From contig JBBTYI010000009.1 in assembly GCA_038061865.1 (NCBI GenBank), positions 1 through 60,467 on the forward strand: 60,467 bases of DNA. Direction: 5' to 3'. Below, in pieces: positions 1-9,838 of the stretch. A program made the position numbers and the translations under genes. Numbering within the stretch: the first letter of the stretch is position 1; each line of letters opens with the position of its first letter. The notes under the pieces were generated by a model. That model did not search any database, was not told the origin of the DNA, and saw only the letters and a list, made by a program, of their open reading frames with translations. Source of the stretch: Patescibacteria group bacterium (lineage in GTDB: Bacteria > Patescibacteriota > Minisyncoccia > 2-02-FULL-40-12 > IGHO2-01-FULL-4-A).

Positions 1-106
1 TGCGGCTCCGCCGCCTTTCCGAATTTTCGCGGGGGGACTTCCTCGCCGCCGCAGACGGCGAAAGCGGTTCGGACTAATTCAAGTATTCTACGCAAGATTT
101 ACTAAT

Positions 107-141
107 TGAAAAGCCCCGCCGCGGCGGGGCTTTTCAATTAG
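107..141. terminator. GC-rich hairpin (gccccgcc-gc-ggcggggc) flanked by A-run and T-run; bidirectional intrinsic terminator upstream of recG
   Basis: Perfect 8-bp GC stem with aaaa on the 5' side and tttt on the 3' side, seen directly in the sequence. Confidence 0.55.
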
Positions 142-165
142 TCGGTCAAGTGTTATTAAAAGATT

Positions 166-2340
166 ATGCTTTCGCTGACTACTCCGATTGAAAACCTAGG
201 TTTCGTCGGGACAAAAAACGCGCCGCGGTTGAAGCGGTTGGGTATTAAAACCGTCAAAGATCTACTTTGGCATTTTCCTACCCGCTATGAGGACTATTCT
301 CAACAAACTAATATCGGCGACATCAAAGAGGCCGGCGGCACGGTGAGTATCCGGGGCGAGATAACCGATATTAAAAACGCTTTCACTTGGAAGCGGCGGT
401 TGATGGTTACTGAAGCCATGGTATCCGACGGCACCGGTTGGCTTCGAGTAACTTGGTTTAATCAACCTTACCTTGAAAAAACGCTGGCGCCTGGCACTGG
501 AGTAAGTCTGGCCGGCAAAATTGCTTTGGATAAGAAGGGCTTGTATCTTTCAAGCCCAGCATACGAAAAGGTACCCCCATTAAAATCTATAACCTATAAC
601 TTAAAACCTGATTTAACCCACACCGGGCGATTGGTTCCGGTTTACCCGGAAACGGAAGGGGTGTCCTCGAAATACCTTCGGTTCTTAATTCGGCGGGCTT
701 TGCCCAAGATTGATAATCTGGCCGATCCTCTACCCGAAGCATTAGTTAAACAATATGACTTCCCTAATATCGGCTCCGCCCTGCAAACCATTCACTTTCC
801 CAAAACCGTCCAACAGGCCGAAGCCGCCCGCCAGAGATTCGCCTTTGAAGAATTACTATTATTCCAGCTGCGCGCCCTGCGCGACCGGCGCCAACTGCAA
901 ATTCTCCAAGCGCCAAAAATTGTTTTTGACAAAGAGTTGGTCAGTAATTTTGTCAGAGGTTTGCCTTTTGAATTGACCAATGACCAGCGTCTGGCGACAT
1001 ATGAAATATTGAAGGATTTGGGAAAGCCCTACCCGATGAATCGCCTGCTCAACGGCGATGTTGGGTCAGGTAAAACAGTGGTCGCCCTGATTGCCGCTTA
1101 CCAAACCGCCAGCCAGAATTGGCAAACGGTATTCATGGCCCCGACGGAAATATTGGCGAAGCAACATTTTCAGACAATAACTGCGCTGTTGTCAAATCTC
1201 AAATTAGGAATTTCAATCGGGTTGCTTACCGGGAGTGAATCAAAAATATTTGACGAGTGCGGCGAACAAAAAACATCCAAGCCGAAATTAAAACAAAAAA
1301 TCGCCAAAGGCGAAGTTGACATCGTCATTGGTACGCATGCGGTTATCCAAAAAGATGTCAGGTTTGCCAAGCTCGGTTTAGTAATAATTGACGAACAGCA
1401 CCGTTTCGGCGTGCAACAACGGATGAAGCTTCTCAAGGACTCTCAACCTAAAACCTTAGTCCCCCATCTACTCTCTATGACGGCTACTCCCATTCCGCGA
1501 ACTTTAGCTTTGACCATCTACGGCGACCTGGATGTTTCGCTAATCAAAGAAAAACCCAAAGGCCGGCAGGAAATTGTGACGAGAGTCATCCCCCACAGCA
1601 AACGCCAATCGGCTTATAGATTTATTGAAGAGCAGATCAAAGGCGGCCGGCAGGTGTTTGTGATTTGTCCGCGTATCGAAACTTCCAGTTTCGATACGAA
1701 TCGCCAATCACTAACTACTAATCCTCAATTTTCAATAAATAAACTACTTTGGTCAGAGGTTAAAGCCGTTACCGCTGAATACGAAAAACTAAACAAAGAG
1801 ATCTTCCCCCACCGGCGGGTGGCGATGCTCCATGGCAAATTAAAAGCCAAAGAAAAAAACGAGGTAATGAAAAAATTCAAAGCTGGTCATTACGACATTC
1901 TGGTCTCTACTTCAGTGGTGGAAGTCGGCGTGGACATACCCAATGCGGCGATTATGATGATTGAATCGGCCGAGCGTTTCGGTTTGGCCCAGTTGCACCA
2001 GTTTCGCGGTCGGGTCGGTCGCGGCCGGCACCAATCATATTGCCTACTTTTTACCTCTGGGGACACCGCCACTACCCGCCGCCTGCGGGCGCTGGAAAAA
2101 ACCAATAATGGTTTCGAACTGGCCGAAGCCGACCTGCGGCTCCGCGGCCCGGGCGAGTTTACTGGCCTTAAACAATCCGGCCTGCCCGATCTGGCCATGG
2201 CCTCGTTGAGTAATTTGGAACTAATAAAAACTGCCCGGCAAGAAGCCAAACTATTGCTCAAAGATAACCCCACCCTCACTCATCATCCCGCCTTACTTGC
2301 CCGTCTTAATGAGATGCAACGGCTGGTGCATTTTGAGTGA
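166..2340 (+). CDS. recG: ATP-dependent DNA helicase RecG
   Basis: 724 aa; Walker A GDVGSGKT, DEQHRFG (DEQH box) and helicase C motifs QFRGRVGRG; wedge/OB N-terminus; low-complexity insert at about aa 505-530. Confidence 0.9.
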   Translation: MLSLTTPIENLGFVGTKNAPRLKRLGIKTVKDLLWHFPTRYEDYSQQTNIGDIKEAGGTVSIRGEITDIKNAFTWKRRLMVTEAMVSDGTGWLRVTWFNQPYLEKTLAPGTGVSLAGKIALDKKGLYLSSPAYEKVPPLKSITYNLKPDLTHTGRLVPVYPETEGVSSKYLRFLIRRALPKIDNLADPLPEALVKQYDFPNIGSALQTIHFPKTVQQAEAARQRFAFEELLLFQLRALRDRRQLQILQAPKIVFDKELVSNFVRGLPFELTNDQRLATYEILKDLGKPYPMNRLLNGDVGSGKTVVALIAAYQTASQNWQTVFMAPTEILAKQHFQTITALLSNLKLGISIGLLTGSESKIFDECGEQKTSKPKLKQKIAKGEVDIVIGTHAVIQKDVRFAKLGLVIIDEQHRFGVQQRMKLLKDSQPKTLVPHLLSMTATPIPRTLALTIYGDLDVSLIKEKPKGRQEIVTRVIPHSKRQSAYRFIEEQIKGGRQVFVICPRIETSSFDTNRQSLTTNPQFSINKLLWSEVKAVTAEYEKLNKEIFPHRRVAMLHGKLKAKEKNEVMKKFKAGHYDILVSTSVVEVGVDIPNAAIMMIESAERFGLAQLHQFRGRVGRGRHQSYCLLFTSGDTATTRRLRALEKTNNGFELAEADLRLRGPGEFTGLKQSGLPDLAMASLSNLELIKTARQEAKLLLKDNPTLTHHPALLARLNEMQRLVHFE

Positions 2341-2353
2341 GGTTCGAGACAGG

Positions 2354-2392
2354 ATTATTTGCCTTGAGGACACTCCTCAATTTATTGAGGAG
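2354..2392. terminator. 15-bp near-perfect hairpin (ttgaggacactcctcaa / ttgaggagtgttctcaa) between the convergent recG and glycosyltransferase genes
   Basis: Inverted repeat with loop tttat lying between two convergent stop codons. Confidence 0.55.
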
Positions 2393-2406
2393 TGTTCTCA
2401 AGAAAG

Positions 2407-3972
2407 TTATTTTCTATACTTGGGGGTGTTCCAAAACCCCATATACTTTCCCAGCATCAGGCGGGTTTGGGCGTCAACCGCCGGAATGGCGCCAAAGACA
2501 ATAAAGTTAATTGGGAACAACAGCCATTGCAAAATCATCCAAAGCCATTTCCAGCGGCCGTAGTTGGACGGCTTGGGCGGTAAAAGAATCACTGAAATAA
2601 TCGCCGAAGAAACCAAACCGAACATTGCCAGATACATAACATTACGGGTAAAATGAGGCAAATTGAAAGACAAAACCGTGCGGTTGAACTCCGGCCCGCC
2701 GAACAGCAAGGGCAGCCAGCCCAAAAGGAAAATTATCAGTGGGTTGGTGGCGGCGGAATGGGTTTTCTCGCCCATCAGCCAAGTCAGGCGCCACTTGGCC
2801 CGGCGCGGAATGTTTTTGTTTTTCAGAAAGCCGAACATAAAATAGGGATTGTTTTCCACGCCCCAGTGCCAGCGCCGGATCTGCTTGTACTGGTTCTTCA
2901 TCGTCTGCCAGAAAGTCGGCGCCACGTTGGCATCCATGTAAACCGGATAATACAGCGGCACCGTTTCCCAGTCGCCGTCGTAACGCAAAAGGCATTGCCA
3001 GAAAATGCGTGAATCTTCGGAGACGACATTGGTCTGCCACCAGCCGACATCGGCCAGCGCCTTGAGACCGATGGCTTGCGAAGAAAAAGTGACCAATTGT
3101 TCCGGCCGGGCTTGTTGGATCATCTGCCAAAAAGTGGTGGCGAAAGCGAACACCCGGGCCGGCGGCGGCGCCTCCCAAATGTTGTTGACGTAAAGCGGGA
3201 CTGGCTGGAAAGACGAACGTAAAGAATCCCGCGCCGTCAGATATTTGTAAGTTAAAATCGCGAAATATTGGCTCGGGATAACCGTGTCAATGTCCAAATT
3301 GGAAACGATTACATGCTTGTAAGGAATGTCTAATTGGTCAATTACCTCCGTTACCGCTTGTTTAATTGCCCAAGTGGCGTTGGCGCCTTTGCCGGCTAAT
3401 TCACCGGGAATGTCAGCCGGATGCCGGGTTACCAAAAACTTAAAAAATTTATTGCCATACTCCCTTTGGGCAAATTCCTTCACGCTCTCGGCCTGGTCGC
3501 GCGCCCGTTCTTCCTGCGCCAATACGACAATCATTTTGGTTTTGGGATAATCGCTTCGCACCAGTCCTGCCAAAGTTAAGCCGACCACCTCAACCCCTTC
3601 TTTGGCTACGGGCAGAATTATTAAATGATATACATCCCGCCAGTGGACAATAGACGATAGACGATAGTCAATAGTCGGGAGTTCATCTAATTTTTTAAGC
3701 CAATTTATTTTCAAATTAGCGCGCATTTTGCGAAAACTGGCGTTCATGTGGAACGATAAGTAAATTGTTTTGAAAAGCCAATAAGTGTCAAACAGGATAA
3801 TAAAAATGGCAATAAAAGCCGGACTTTTAAAAGACAAAATAACTATCAAAATCAAAGTCGCCCAAGTTAAAAATCCGGGCAGGATTTCAAAAAACCGGTA
3901 AACTTTCTGGTCTTTGGGATTACTAACATCCTCGGCTTTGCCGATATGGAGATAGTCGTAAGCAGCGGCCAT
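2407..3972 (-). CDS. Membrane-embedded family-2 glycosyltransferase (processive, cellulose/chitin-synthase-like)
   Basis: 521 aa; N- and C-terminal TM helices, central GT-A region, QIRRWHWG (QxxRW) motif typical of processive GT2 enzymes. Confidence 0.6.
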   Translation of the reverse strand: MAAAYDYLHIGKAEDVSNPKDQKVYRFFEILPGFLTWATLILIVILSFKSPAFIAIFIILFDTYWLFKTIYLSFHMNASFRKMRANLKINWLKKLDELPTIDYRLSSIVHWRDVYHLIILPVAKEGVEVVGLTLAGLVRSDYPKTKMIVVLAQEERARDQAESVKEFAQREYGNKFFKFLVTRHPADIPGELAGKGANATWAIKQAVTEVIDQLDIPYKHVIVSNLDIDTVIPSQYFAILTYKYLTARDSLRSSFQPVPLYVNNIWEAPPPARVFAFATTFWQMIQQARPEQLVTFSSQAIGLKALADVGWWQTNVVSEDSRIFWQCLLRYDGDWETVPLYYPVYMDANVAPTFWQTMKNQYKQIRRWHWGVENNPYFMFGFLKNKNIPRRAKWRLTWLMGEKTHSAATNPLIIFLLGWLPLLFGGPEFNRTVLSFNLPHFTRNVMYLAMFGLVSSAIISVILLPPKPSNYGRWKWLWMILQWLLFPINFIVFGAIPAVDAQTRLMLGKYMGFWNTPKYRK

Positions 3973-3986
3973 GCCCCAACAGAATA

Positions 3987-4955
3987 TTACGAAAGGGCGA
4001 TTTGGTAAAGCAGGTCGGTAATGTCAATCAAGCCGTTTTTGATTTGGATGTCGGCTTCAGCCAAACGGGAAAATTTCTGTTTAAGTTCGCCCAGCTCAAA
4101 TTGGCGCGACTGCTCCAGCATTTTTTTGACGGCAAAGGGGTGGAGGCCGGTTTTTTGGGCGATGGCCGCGGCTCCGCCCGGCCCAGCCGCCGCGGCCAGA
4201 TCTTTGACCCTCAACAAATTCCGAAACTGATAAACAAACATTGAAAAAAGATAATGGGGGTCGTCGCCGGCCGCCAAATGGCGGCTAAGCAGGGTGATCG
4301 CCTTGCCCTTGTCCCGCCGGCCGAGCGCATCAATGGTTTCAAAAATATTCTGGCTGGCCGGTTTAGTAACCAAGAGTTCAACATCGGCAGTTTTAATCAA
4401 TCTCCTGTCATACCCGAATGAGTGATTAGCCAGTTTGATTATTTCTTGACTCAACCGCCAAACGTCGTCGCCCGCGTAAAGGACTAATTGTTTAATTGCC
4501 GGCGGCTCAATCTCCAGACCGAGAGTTTTGGTTTCTTTGGCAATCCAATTCTCCAGCTGCTTGCCGGCCAGCGGGTTAAACGCTTTAGCCACGCTTGGCT
4601 TGGCGGTCAATTGGGCCAGTAATTTTTTGGATGTTTTAGCCATCTCCGCTTGACTGGCATTCTCGCAAACCGCCAGAATCGTCTCCTTATCCCCAACCAA
4701 ATCGTATTTTTTAATGTCCCGCAGAATCTTCTCGGCCTGTGAAAAAACATTTTTCACGATAATCAGTTTTTTCTCGTTGAAAAACGAGGCGGTCTTGACC
4801 GCGTTCTCAAATTTTTCAAACTTTTCCTCCCCCTCCGCTAGATCAACACGCAAAACTCCCATCCCATTGGGATTCTTCGCCAAATATTCCCTGACTATTC
4901 TGTCGGCATTCTGTTTTACCCGATAAGCATCCTTCCCATATAGAAACACGATCAT
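3987..4955 (-). CDS. holA: DNA polymerase III delta subunit (HolA-like)
   Basis: 322 aa; N-terminal MIVFLYGKDAYRV and overall helical layout resemble clamp-loader delta; no Walker A, so not dnaX. Confidence 0.6.
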   Translation of the reverse strand: MIVFLYGKDAYRVKQNADRIVREYLAKNPNGMGVLRVDLAEGEEKFEKFENAVKTASFFNEKKLIIVKNVFSQAEKILRDIKKYDLVGDKETILAVCENASQAEMAKTSKKLLAQLTAKPSVAKAFNPLAGKQLENWIAKETKTLGLEIEPPAIKQLVLYAGDDVWRLSQEIIKLANHSFGYDRRLIKTADVELLVTKPASQNIFETIDALGRRDKGKAITLLSRHLAAGDDPHYLFSMFVYQFRNLLRVKDLAAAAGPGGAAAIAQKTGLHPFAVKKMLEQSRQFELGELKQKFSRLAEADIQIKNGLIDITDLLYQIALS

Positions 4956-5072
4956 AAGTACCCTAATTTAAGCCCAAAATCACCCTCTTTCCAATCCTTG
5001 ACAAAGCCCCGATTTGTGGAGATTTTCTTTTGGTAAAATAACGTCTTGCGATGACGTGAGATAACTGACGCG

Positions 5073-5309
5073 GGGCGGAGTGGTTTTGAGGGCTGCTGTG
5101 CCCAAGCTAGGCGAGTCATCAGACCTCACGCCGGGCGCTCATGGCTGTGTGATTGCACGGTTGGCGAGCAGTATAACAATCCAGCACTGCGAGCCAAATC
5201 CACAGACATGAGCGAGTCCGTTTTCTCGCTGGGAAAACGGACGTCCCGCCGGAGGTCTGGGGCGAGCCGAAGCGCTGGGCGCGAGGAAGCCCCTCAAAAC
5301 CACTCCGCC
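5073..5309. ncRNA. Candidate structured RNA, class unresolved, possibly a 6S- or SRP-like rod; not RNase P or tmRNA
   Basis: A 360-nt GC-rich non-coding gap between two minus-strand genes. Nested long-range complementarity: 5075-5092 pairs with 5290-5309 (18-20 bp), 5121-5128 with 5252-5259, 5136-5143 with 5208-5215, 5140-5149 with 5200-5209, and an apical hairpin sits at 5161-5197. An extended -10 TGgTAAAAT at 5031-5039 lies on the plus strand. Confidence 0.45.
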
Positions 5310-5313
5310 GTGA

Positions 5314-6348
5314 TCAATGTGCGTCTATCTCTACCCACACCTTCCCTACCGCTAACTCTATCTCTCTATGATTTTGGTCGTAGAAATAGAGTTTGGCTTT
5401 GTCATCTTTTTTCTCCCATGTCCCCGTCACTACCGTGCCGTTTTTGTAAAGCAGCAGCCCGCCCGAGCCGACGGTTTTGACTCGGATGTAGTCCTGGTTT
5501 ATCGGCGACCAGGTAGTTTTCATTATTATCACGTTGCCGGCGGATACCGGCTGGCCGGTATTTTTGTCAATTTCTGGCTGGCCGGAGCGTTCGCGCCAGT
5601 AGCGATTGGCAGTTTTATCGTAGCGCCAGACCACCTGAAATTTTTCATTGAAAATCGGCGCGGGCTGGACTTCACCTTGGCTTTTCAAGCTGCCTTCGTG
5701 CGGATAAGTAACTTTGGCATCGGTCAGATTATAACCCAATTCTCCGGAAATCTTGGTCAACAAGTCAAAGTCGGTAAAGGCATTGTGCGGTCGCGGGATT
5801 GACGATTTACGATAATAATAAGTGCCATCGTATTTGAGTCCGTCAAGGTTGTCTATTACCCCGTTTCTCAATTGTTCAAGCGCCTCGCGCTCCCCGCCGA
5901 AATGGGCATAGATGGCATTAACGCCTAGGGCCAGCGGCACGAAATCCAGCCGCGCGGAACGCACCGAGCCGACCTCACGCGGCCGTCCGCACTGATAAAC
6001 CGCCATCATTCGGGTGAAACCGTTTTCCACCACCGGCATTTCAAATACCCAGTCCGCCTCGCCGATGCCCGATAACGGCCGCGCCTCTTTGTCCGAGGAA
6101 ACCATCACGGCGAAAGGCCGACTGGCGGCAGTCGCGCACTGCTCGCCGGTCAGCGGGCTCTTTTTTATGTTTTCTTTTTTACCCGAACTGAAAAATTGAA
6201 GCAGTCCGGCCGGCTTTTCGCCGGTATTAGATATCTCAATACTCCTTCGGGCAAATTTGAAAAAACCAAAAAGCAAAACAATAGCCAGGATACCGAGCCA
6301 AATATAAAGTTTGGTTTTAGAAATCATCATTTTTGGTGAACCGGACAA
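5314..6348 (-). CDS. DUF3048-family lipoprotein (YerB-like)
   Basis: 344 aa; signal/TM N-terminus; ARPLSGIGEADWVFEMPVVENGFTRMMAVY matches the DUF3048 N-domain signature (ARPQsGL...EGGiTR). Confidence 0.55.
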   Translation of the reverse strand: MSGSPKMMISKTKLYIWLGILAIVLLFGFFKFARRSIEISNTGEKPAGLLQFFSSGKKENIKKSPLTGEQCATAASRPFAVMVSSDKEARPLSGIGEADWVFEMPVVENGFTRMMAVYQCGRPREVGSVRSARLDFVPLALGVNAIYAHFGGEREALEQLRNGVIDNLDGLKYDGTYYYRKSSIPRPHNAFTDFDLLTKISGELGYNLTDAKVTYPHEGSLKSQGEVQPAPIFNEKFQVVWRYDKTANRYWRERSGQPEIDKNTGQPVSAGNVIIMKTTWSPINQDYIRVKTVGSGGLLLYKNGTVVTGTWEKKDDKAKLYFYDQNHREIELAVGKVWVEIDAH

Positions 6349-7250
6349 AAATGGGCCGAACGGTTGTTAACTTTGATGCGCTTGATCATGCCGCCGTCGC
6401 GCTTTTGGCACTTTTGGCCGGTCAGTTGGTAGGCCTTGGTCATATTTTGGTAATTGCCGAATTTGCCTTCAAGCGTTCGGTAATCCTGCTGGCTATCGCC
6501 TTTGGCGACGATGGCCTTTTTTAATACGAATTTTATGTATTTGTAAACTTTCCTAATCTCCGATTCCTTCAGTGTTTCAGCGGTTCTCAGTGGTTGAATC
6601 CCGGCATACCACAAAATTTCATCCGAATAAATATTGCCGATGCCGGCAATGACAAATGGGTCTATCAGTACTTTTTTGACCACTCCCTTTCTTTTGGCCA
6701 TCATCGTTTTGAACTTGGCAAAAGTAAATTTTGGGTCTAGGGGCTCCGGCCCGAGCTTGCCGATTTCGTTGATATTTTCAATTTTTCCGGTATCCCCCAA
6801 AAAAACTTTGCCAAACCGGCGCAAGTCGGAAAGTCCCAGCATCCAGCCGTTGCTTAAAAACAGAATAAACCTTATGAACCGGTTATATGGGTCATCTCTC
6901 AACGGCCCTGGAATTGCAGCTATCCACTTCTGGTTTTTCTTATTCGCGGCATTCGCATACATTTGTAGATTTGCATTATATTTATTTTTTATCCATTTCC
7001 CGTAGAGCAAGTGCCCCGAGATTTTTTGATGAATTATCAGCGATTTGCCTCCCGAGAGGTCTATTATAATATATTTTGCCCGGCGGCGCGCCCGCAAAAT
7101 CTTCCGACCGGCAATGTCGGCAACAAAATTAGTTAGCGTATGAGTTCGGATCATTTTGGCCCAATCAGTCCAGGCATCCAAAATTTTCAGGCCTTTGACC
7201 TTGCGGTTCAGCTCGCGAACAATTGTTTCTACTTCCGGTAATTCCGGCAT
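6327..7250 (-). CDS. mutM: Formamidopyrimidine-DNA glycosylase (Fpg/MutM; Nei not excluded)
   Basis: N-terminal MPELPEVE with catalytic Pro2/Glu3, H2TH region, C-terminal zinc finger CxxC...CxxC. The listed ORF start was trimmed to the M that precedes PELPEVE. Confidence 0.85.
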   Translation of the reverse strand: MPELPEVETIVRELNRKVKGLKILDAWTDWAKMIRTHTLTNFVADIAGRKILRARRRAKYIIIDLSGGKSLIIHQKISGHLLYGKWIKNKYNANLQMYANAANKKNQKWIAAIPGPLRDDPYNRFIRFILFLSNGWMLGLSDLRRFGKVFLGDTGKIENINEIGKLGPEPLDPKFTFAKFKTMMAKRKGVVKKVLIDPFVIAGIGNIYSDEILWYAGIQPLRTAETLKESEIRKVYKYIKFVLKKAIVAKGDSQQDYRTLEGKFGNYQNMTKAYQLTGQKCQKRDGGMIKRIKVNNRSAHFCPVHQK

Positions 7251-7252
7251 AA

Positions 7253-9751
7253 TTAAACTTGTCTCATTTCCTGCCAATTATCCCCCGCTTTTACTTCCGC
7301 CACTATCGGTACTGCTAGCTGATGGACTGACTCCATAATTGATTTGATTTCTTTGGCTGCTTTTTCTACCAGGTCGGTTTTTACTTCACAAACAATTTCA
7401 TCATGCACTTGGAGTAGAAGCTTGGCGTCGGCGGAATTGAAATTTTCATGAAGATACTTGTCCGCGTTAATCATCGCCAATTTCATCAGGTCGGCGGCGG
7501 TGCCTTGGATAGGATGGTTGATGGCCGCCCGCTCGGCCCCGGCTTGGATTTGGGGCATAGTTGAGTAAATGTCCAACAGCGGGCGGCGCCGGCCGAACAG
7601 CGTTTGGACGTAGCCATCCCGGCGGACCTTGTCTTTTATCTCTTCCATATAGCGCGCCACGCCGGAGAACTCGGCAAAATAGCGGTCAATGAACTGGCGG
7701 GCGCGTTGGCGGTCCACGCCGGCGGCCCGGGCAAAACCAAGCGCGCCCATGCCGTAGATGATGCCGAAGTTTAGCGCCTTGGCCTGACGTCTCATTTTTT
7801 TAGTCACTTCTTGAGGTTCAACTTCAAAGATTTCCATCGCCGTACGGGTGTGGATGTCCTCGCCGCGCCGAAAAATTTCAATCATTTTTTCATCTTTGGC
7901 GATGTGGGCGACAATGCGCAGTTCCAATTGAGAGTAGTCAAAAGAAACCAATTGACAACCGTCCTCGGCGACAAAGGCCTTGCGGAATTCCTGCCCCAGT
8001 TCGGTTTTAATCGGGATATTCTGCAGGTTGGGGTTTTCCGAAGATAGCCGACCGGTGGCGGTGCCGGTTTGATTGTAAGTAGTATGTATCCGACCGTCTC
8101 TGGCGATAAGTTGTGGAAACGGCTCAATGTAAGTGGTTTTGAGTTTTTGCAGTTCGCGGTATTCCAAAATCAAATCAATGATCGGATGTTCGTCGCGCAG
8201 TTTTTCCAGTTCCGGCGCGGCGGTGGAAAGAGCGCCTTTGCCGGTTTTGCGCACCCGTCCACCAGCTGGCGGATTGATCGCCAGCTGGCGGTACAGCACC
8301 TCGCCCAATTGCTGGGGCGAATTAACATTGAACGGCGCTCCGGCCAGACGGTAGATTTCTTTTTCCAATTTCTCCAGCCGCGCGCTGATTGATTTGAGCA
8401 GTTTGGCCAACCCTTTGGCGTTAACTTTGATGCCGTTTAATTCCATCTCGGCCAGCACCGGGATCAGCGGCATTTCAATCTTCTCAAAAACCTCCAGTAA
8501 ATCGGCTGGCTGCATTTTGTCCCAGAGGCGATTTTTCAGCCGCCGGAGATAAGCGGATTTCTGGTCGGGGTCGTCTGCGTTTTCGCGAAACTCGCCGTAA
8601 TAAATCTTGTGAAAATCGTAGTCCGGCAAATCCGGGTGCAATAGCCAAGCGGCAATTTGTGTGTCAAACAACTTGGTTGGGATATCAGTACCGGATTGAA
8701 TGGCAGATTTAACGGTTTCTTTGAGACCATGGCCAGTAAGTATCTCTTGGTCAACGGCCATAACCGGATTTCCCTTGGCTTCACTTTTGACCGTAGGCAA
8801 CGCCATTTCGGTTTGTGGCGATAGATTAATTTCTACCAAGCGCTTCAACAAACTGAAAAACCCCAAATCCTTGAAGTTTTTCTCAATTTTCGGCAAATTC
8901 AGATTCTTCCGCCAATCGGCTTTGGCCAGCGAAAAATCAATGTCCAAATCGGTGACAATTTCCGAAAGTTGTTTTGAAAAAAAGGCCTGTTTTTTGTTAG
9001 CCAGCAATTTCTCTACCAGTTTTTCGGAAATTATCTTATCTTTCGTTCCCTTGTTTTGCGCCTTTCGCTTTGCACTTTTCGCTTCCAAAAATTTGTATAA
9101 TCCATCCAAGCTGCCAAATTTTTGGATTAGCTCCCCCGCCGTTTTCTCTCCGATTCCCGGCACGCCCGGAATATTGTCGGAGGGGTCGCCTTTCAGCCCC
9201 CGATAATCGCTCAATTGTTTGGGCTTTAATCCATAGCGTTCAAGGACCGCGTCCTCATCATAAATTATCGTATCGGTCATGCCCTTACGTAAAGTAAAAA
9301 CGACGACTTTTTTGCCGTCAACCAATTGCAGCGTATCTAAATCACCGGTGGCGATGATGGTTTGTAATCCGCCGGCGGGCGGATTTTTTTTAGCCCGCGT
9401 TGCCAGCGTACCGATCAAGTCATCGGCTTCATAGTTCGTTTTTTCATAAACCGGTATGCCAAACGCGGCCAAAATTTCTTTGACCAACGGAATTTGCCGA
9501 TAAAGCTCCTCGGGCGCTTTAACGCGATGGACTTTGTAGTCCTCAAACTGCTCATGGCGGAAAGTCGGGCCGGCTAAATCAAAAGCGGCGGCGATATAGT
9601 CGGGCTTGAGGTCCTTGATGGTCTTGAGCAGTATTGAGGTGAAACCATAAGCGGCGTTAGTCACCACTCCCTTAGCCGACGTCAAAGCCGGCAAGGCGTG
9701 AAAAGCCCGATGCACCAGAGCATTGCCGTCAATGAGGATAAGCTTGCGCAT
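7253..9751 (-). CDS. polA: DNA polymerase I (5'-3' exonuclease plus polymerase; Taq-like length)
   Basis: 832 aa; N-terminal FEN/5' nuclease domain (LILIDGNALVHRAFHAL); polymerase motif A DYSQLELR, motif B RRQAKALNFGIIYG, motif C VHDE. Confidence 0.95.
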   Translation of the reverse strand: MRKLILIDGNALVHRAFHALPALTSAKGVVTNAAYGFTSILLKTIKDLKPDYIAAAFDLAGPTFRHEQFEDYKVHRVKAPEELYRQIPLVKEILAAFGIPVYEKTNYEADDLIGTLATRAKKNPPAGGLQTIIATGDLDTLQLVDGKKVVVFTLRKGMTDTIIYDEDAVLERYGLKPKQLSDYRGLKGDPSDNIPGVPGIGEKTAGELIQKFGSLDGLYKFLEAKSAKRKAQNKGTKDKIISEKLVEKLLANKKQAFFSKQLSEIVTDLDIDFSLAKADWRKNLNLPKIEKNFKDLGFFSLLKRLVEINLSPQTEMALPTVKSEAKGNPVMAVDQEILTGHGLKETVKSAIQSGTDIPTKLFDTQIAAWLLHPDLPDYDFHKIYYGEFRENADDPDQKSAYLRRLKNRLWDKMQPADLLEVFEKIEMPLIPVLAEMELNGIKVNAKGLAKLLKSISARLEKLEKEIYRLAGAPFNVNSPQQLGEVLYRQLAINPPAGGRVRKTGKGALSTAAPELEKLRDEHPIIDLILEYRELQKLKTTYIEPFPQLIARDGRIHTTYNQTGTATGRLSSENPNLQNIPIKTELGQEFRKAFVAEDGCQLVSFDYSQLELRIVAHIAKDEKMIEIFRRGEDIHTRTAMEIFEVEPQEVTKKMRRQAKALNFGIIYGMGALGFARAAGVDRQRARQFIDRYFAEFSGVARYMEEIKDKVRRDGYVQTLFGRRRPLLDIYSTMPQIQAGAERAAINHPIQGTAADLMKLAMINADKYLHENFNSADAKLLLQVHDEIVCEVKTDLVEKAAKEIKSIMESVHQLAVPIVAEVKAGDNWQEMRQV

Positions 9752-9838
9752 AATTTCTAATATCTAATTACTAATTTCTAAATAATAACTAATGTCTAAT
9801 TGGGGCTTGGACATTGAAATTTGTTTAGAAATTAAAAA

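Noticed and set aside
5073-5309. RNase P RNA or tmRNA identity for the 5.1-kb structured element
   Set aside because: There is no GGAAAGUCCGGGCUCC (P4) or ACAGNRA motif, no tRNA-like T-arm and no tag reading frame. The helices are nested like a rod, not like the multi-branch RNase P fold. It is kept as an unclassified ncRNA candidate.
5208-5480. 90-aa plus-strand ORF and 5368..5802 ORF overlapping the structured non-coding region and the DUF3048 gene
   Set aside because: They fall inside the GC-rich structured RNA candidate or antisense to a well-supported gene. The sequence is Arg/Ser/Pro-rich and has no start-site signals.
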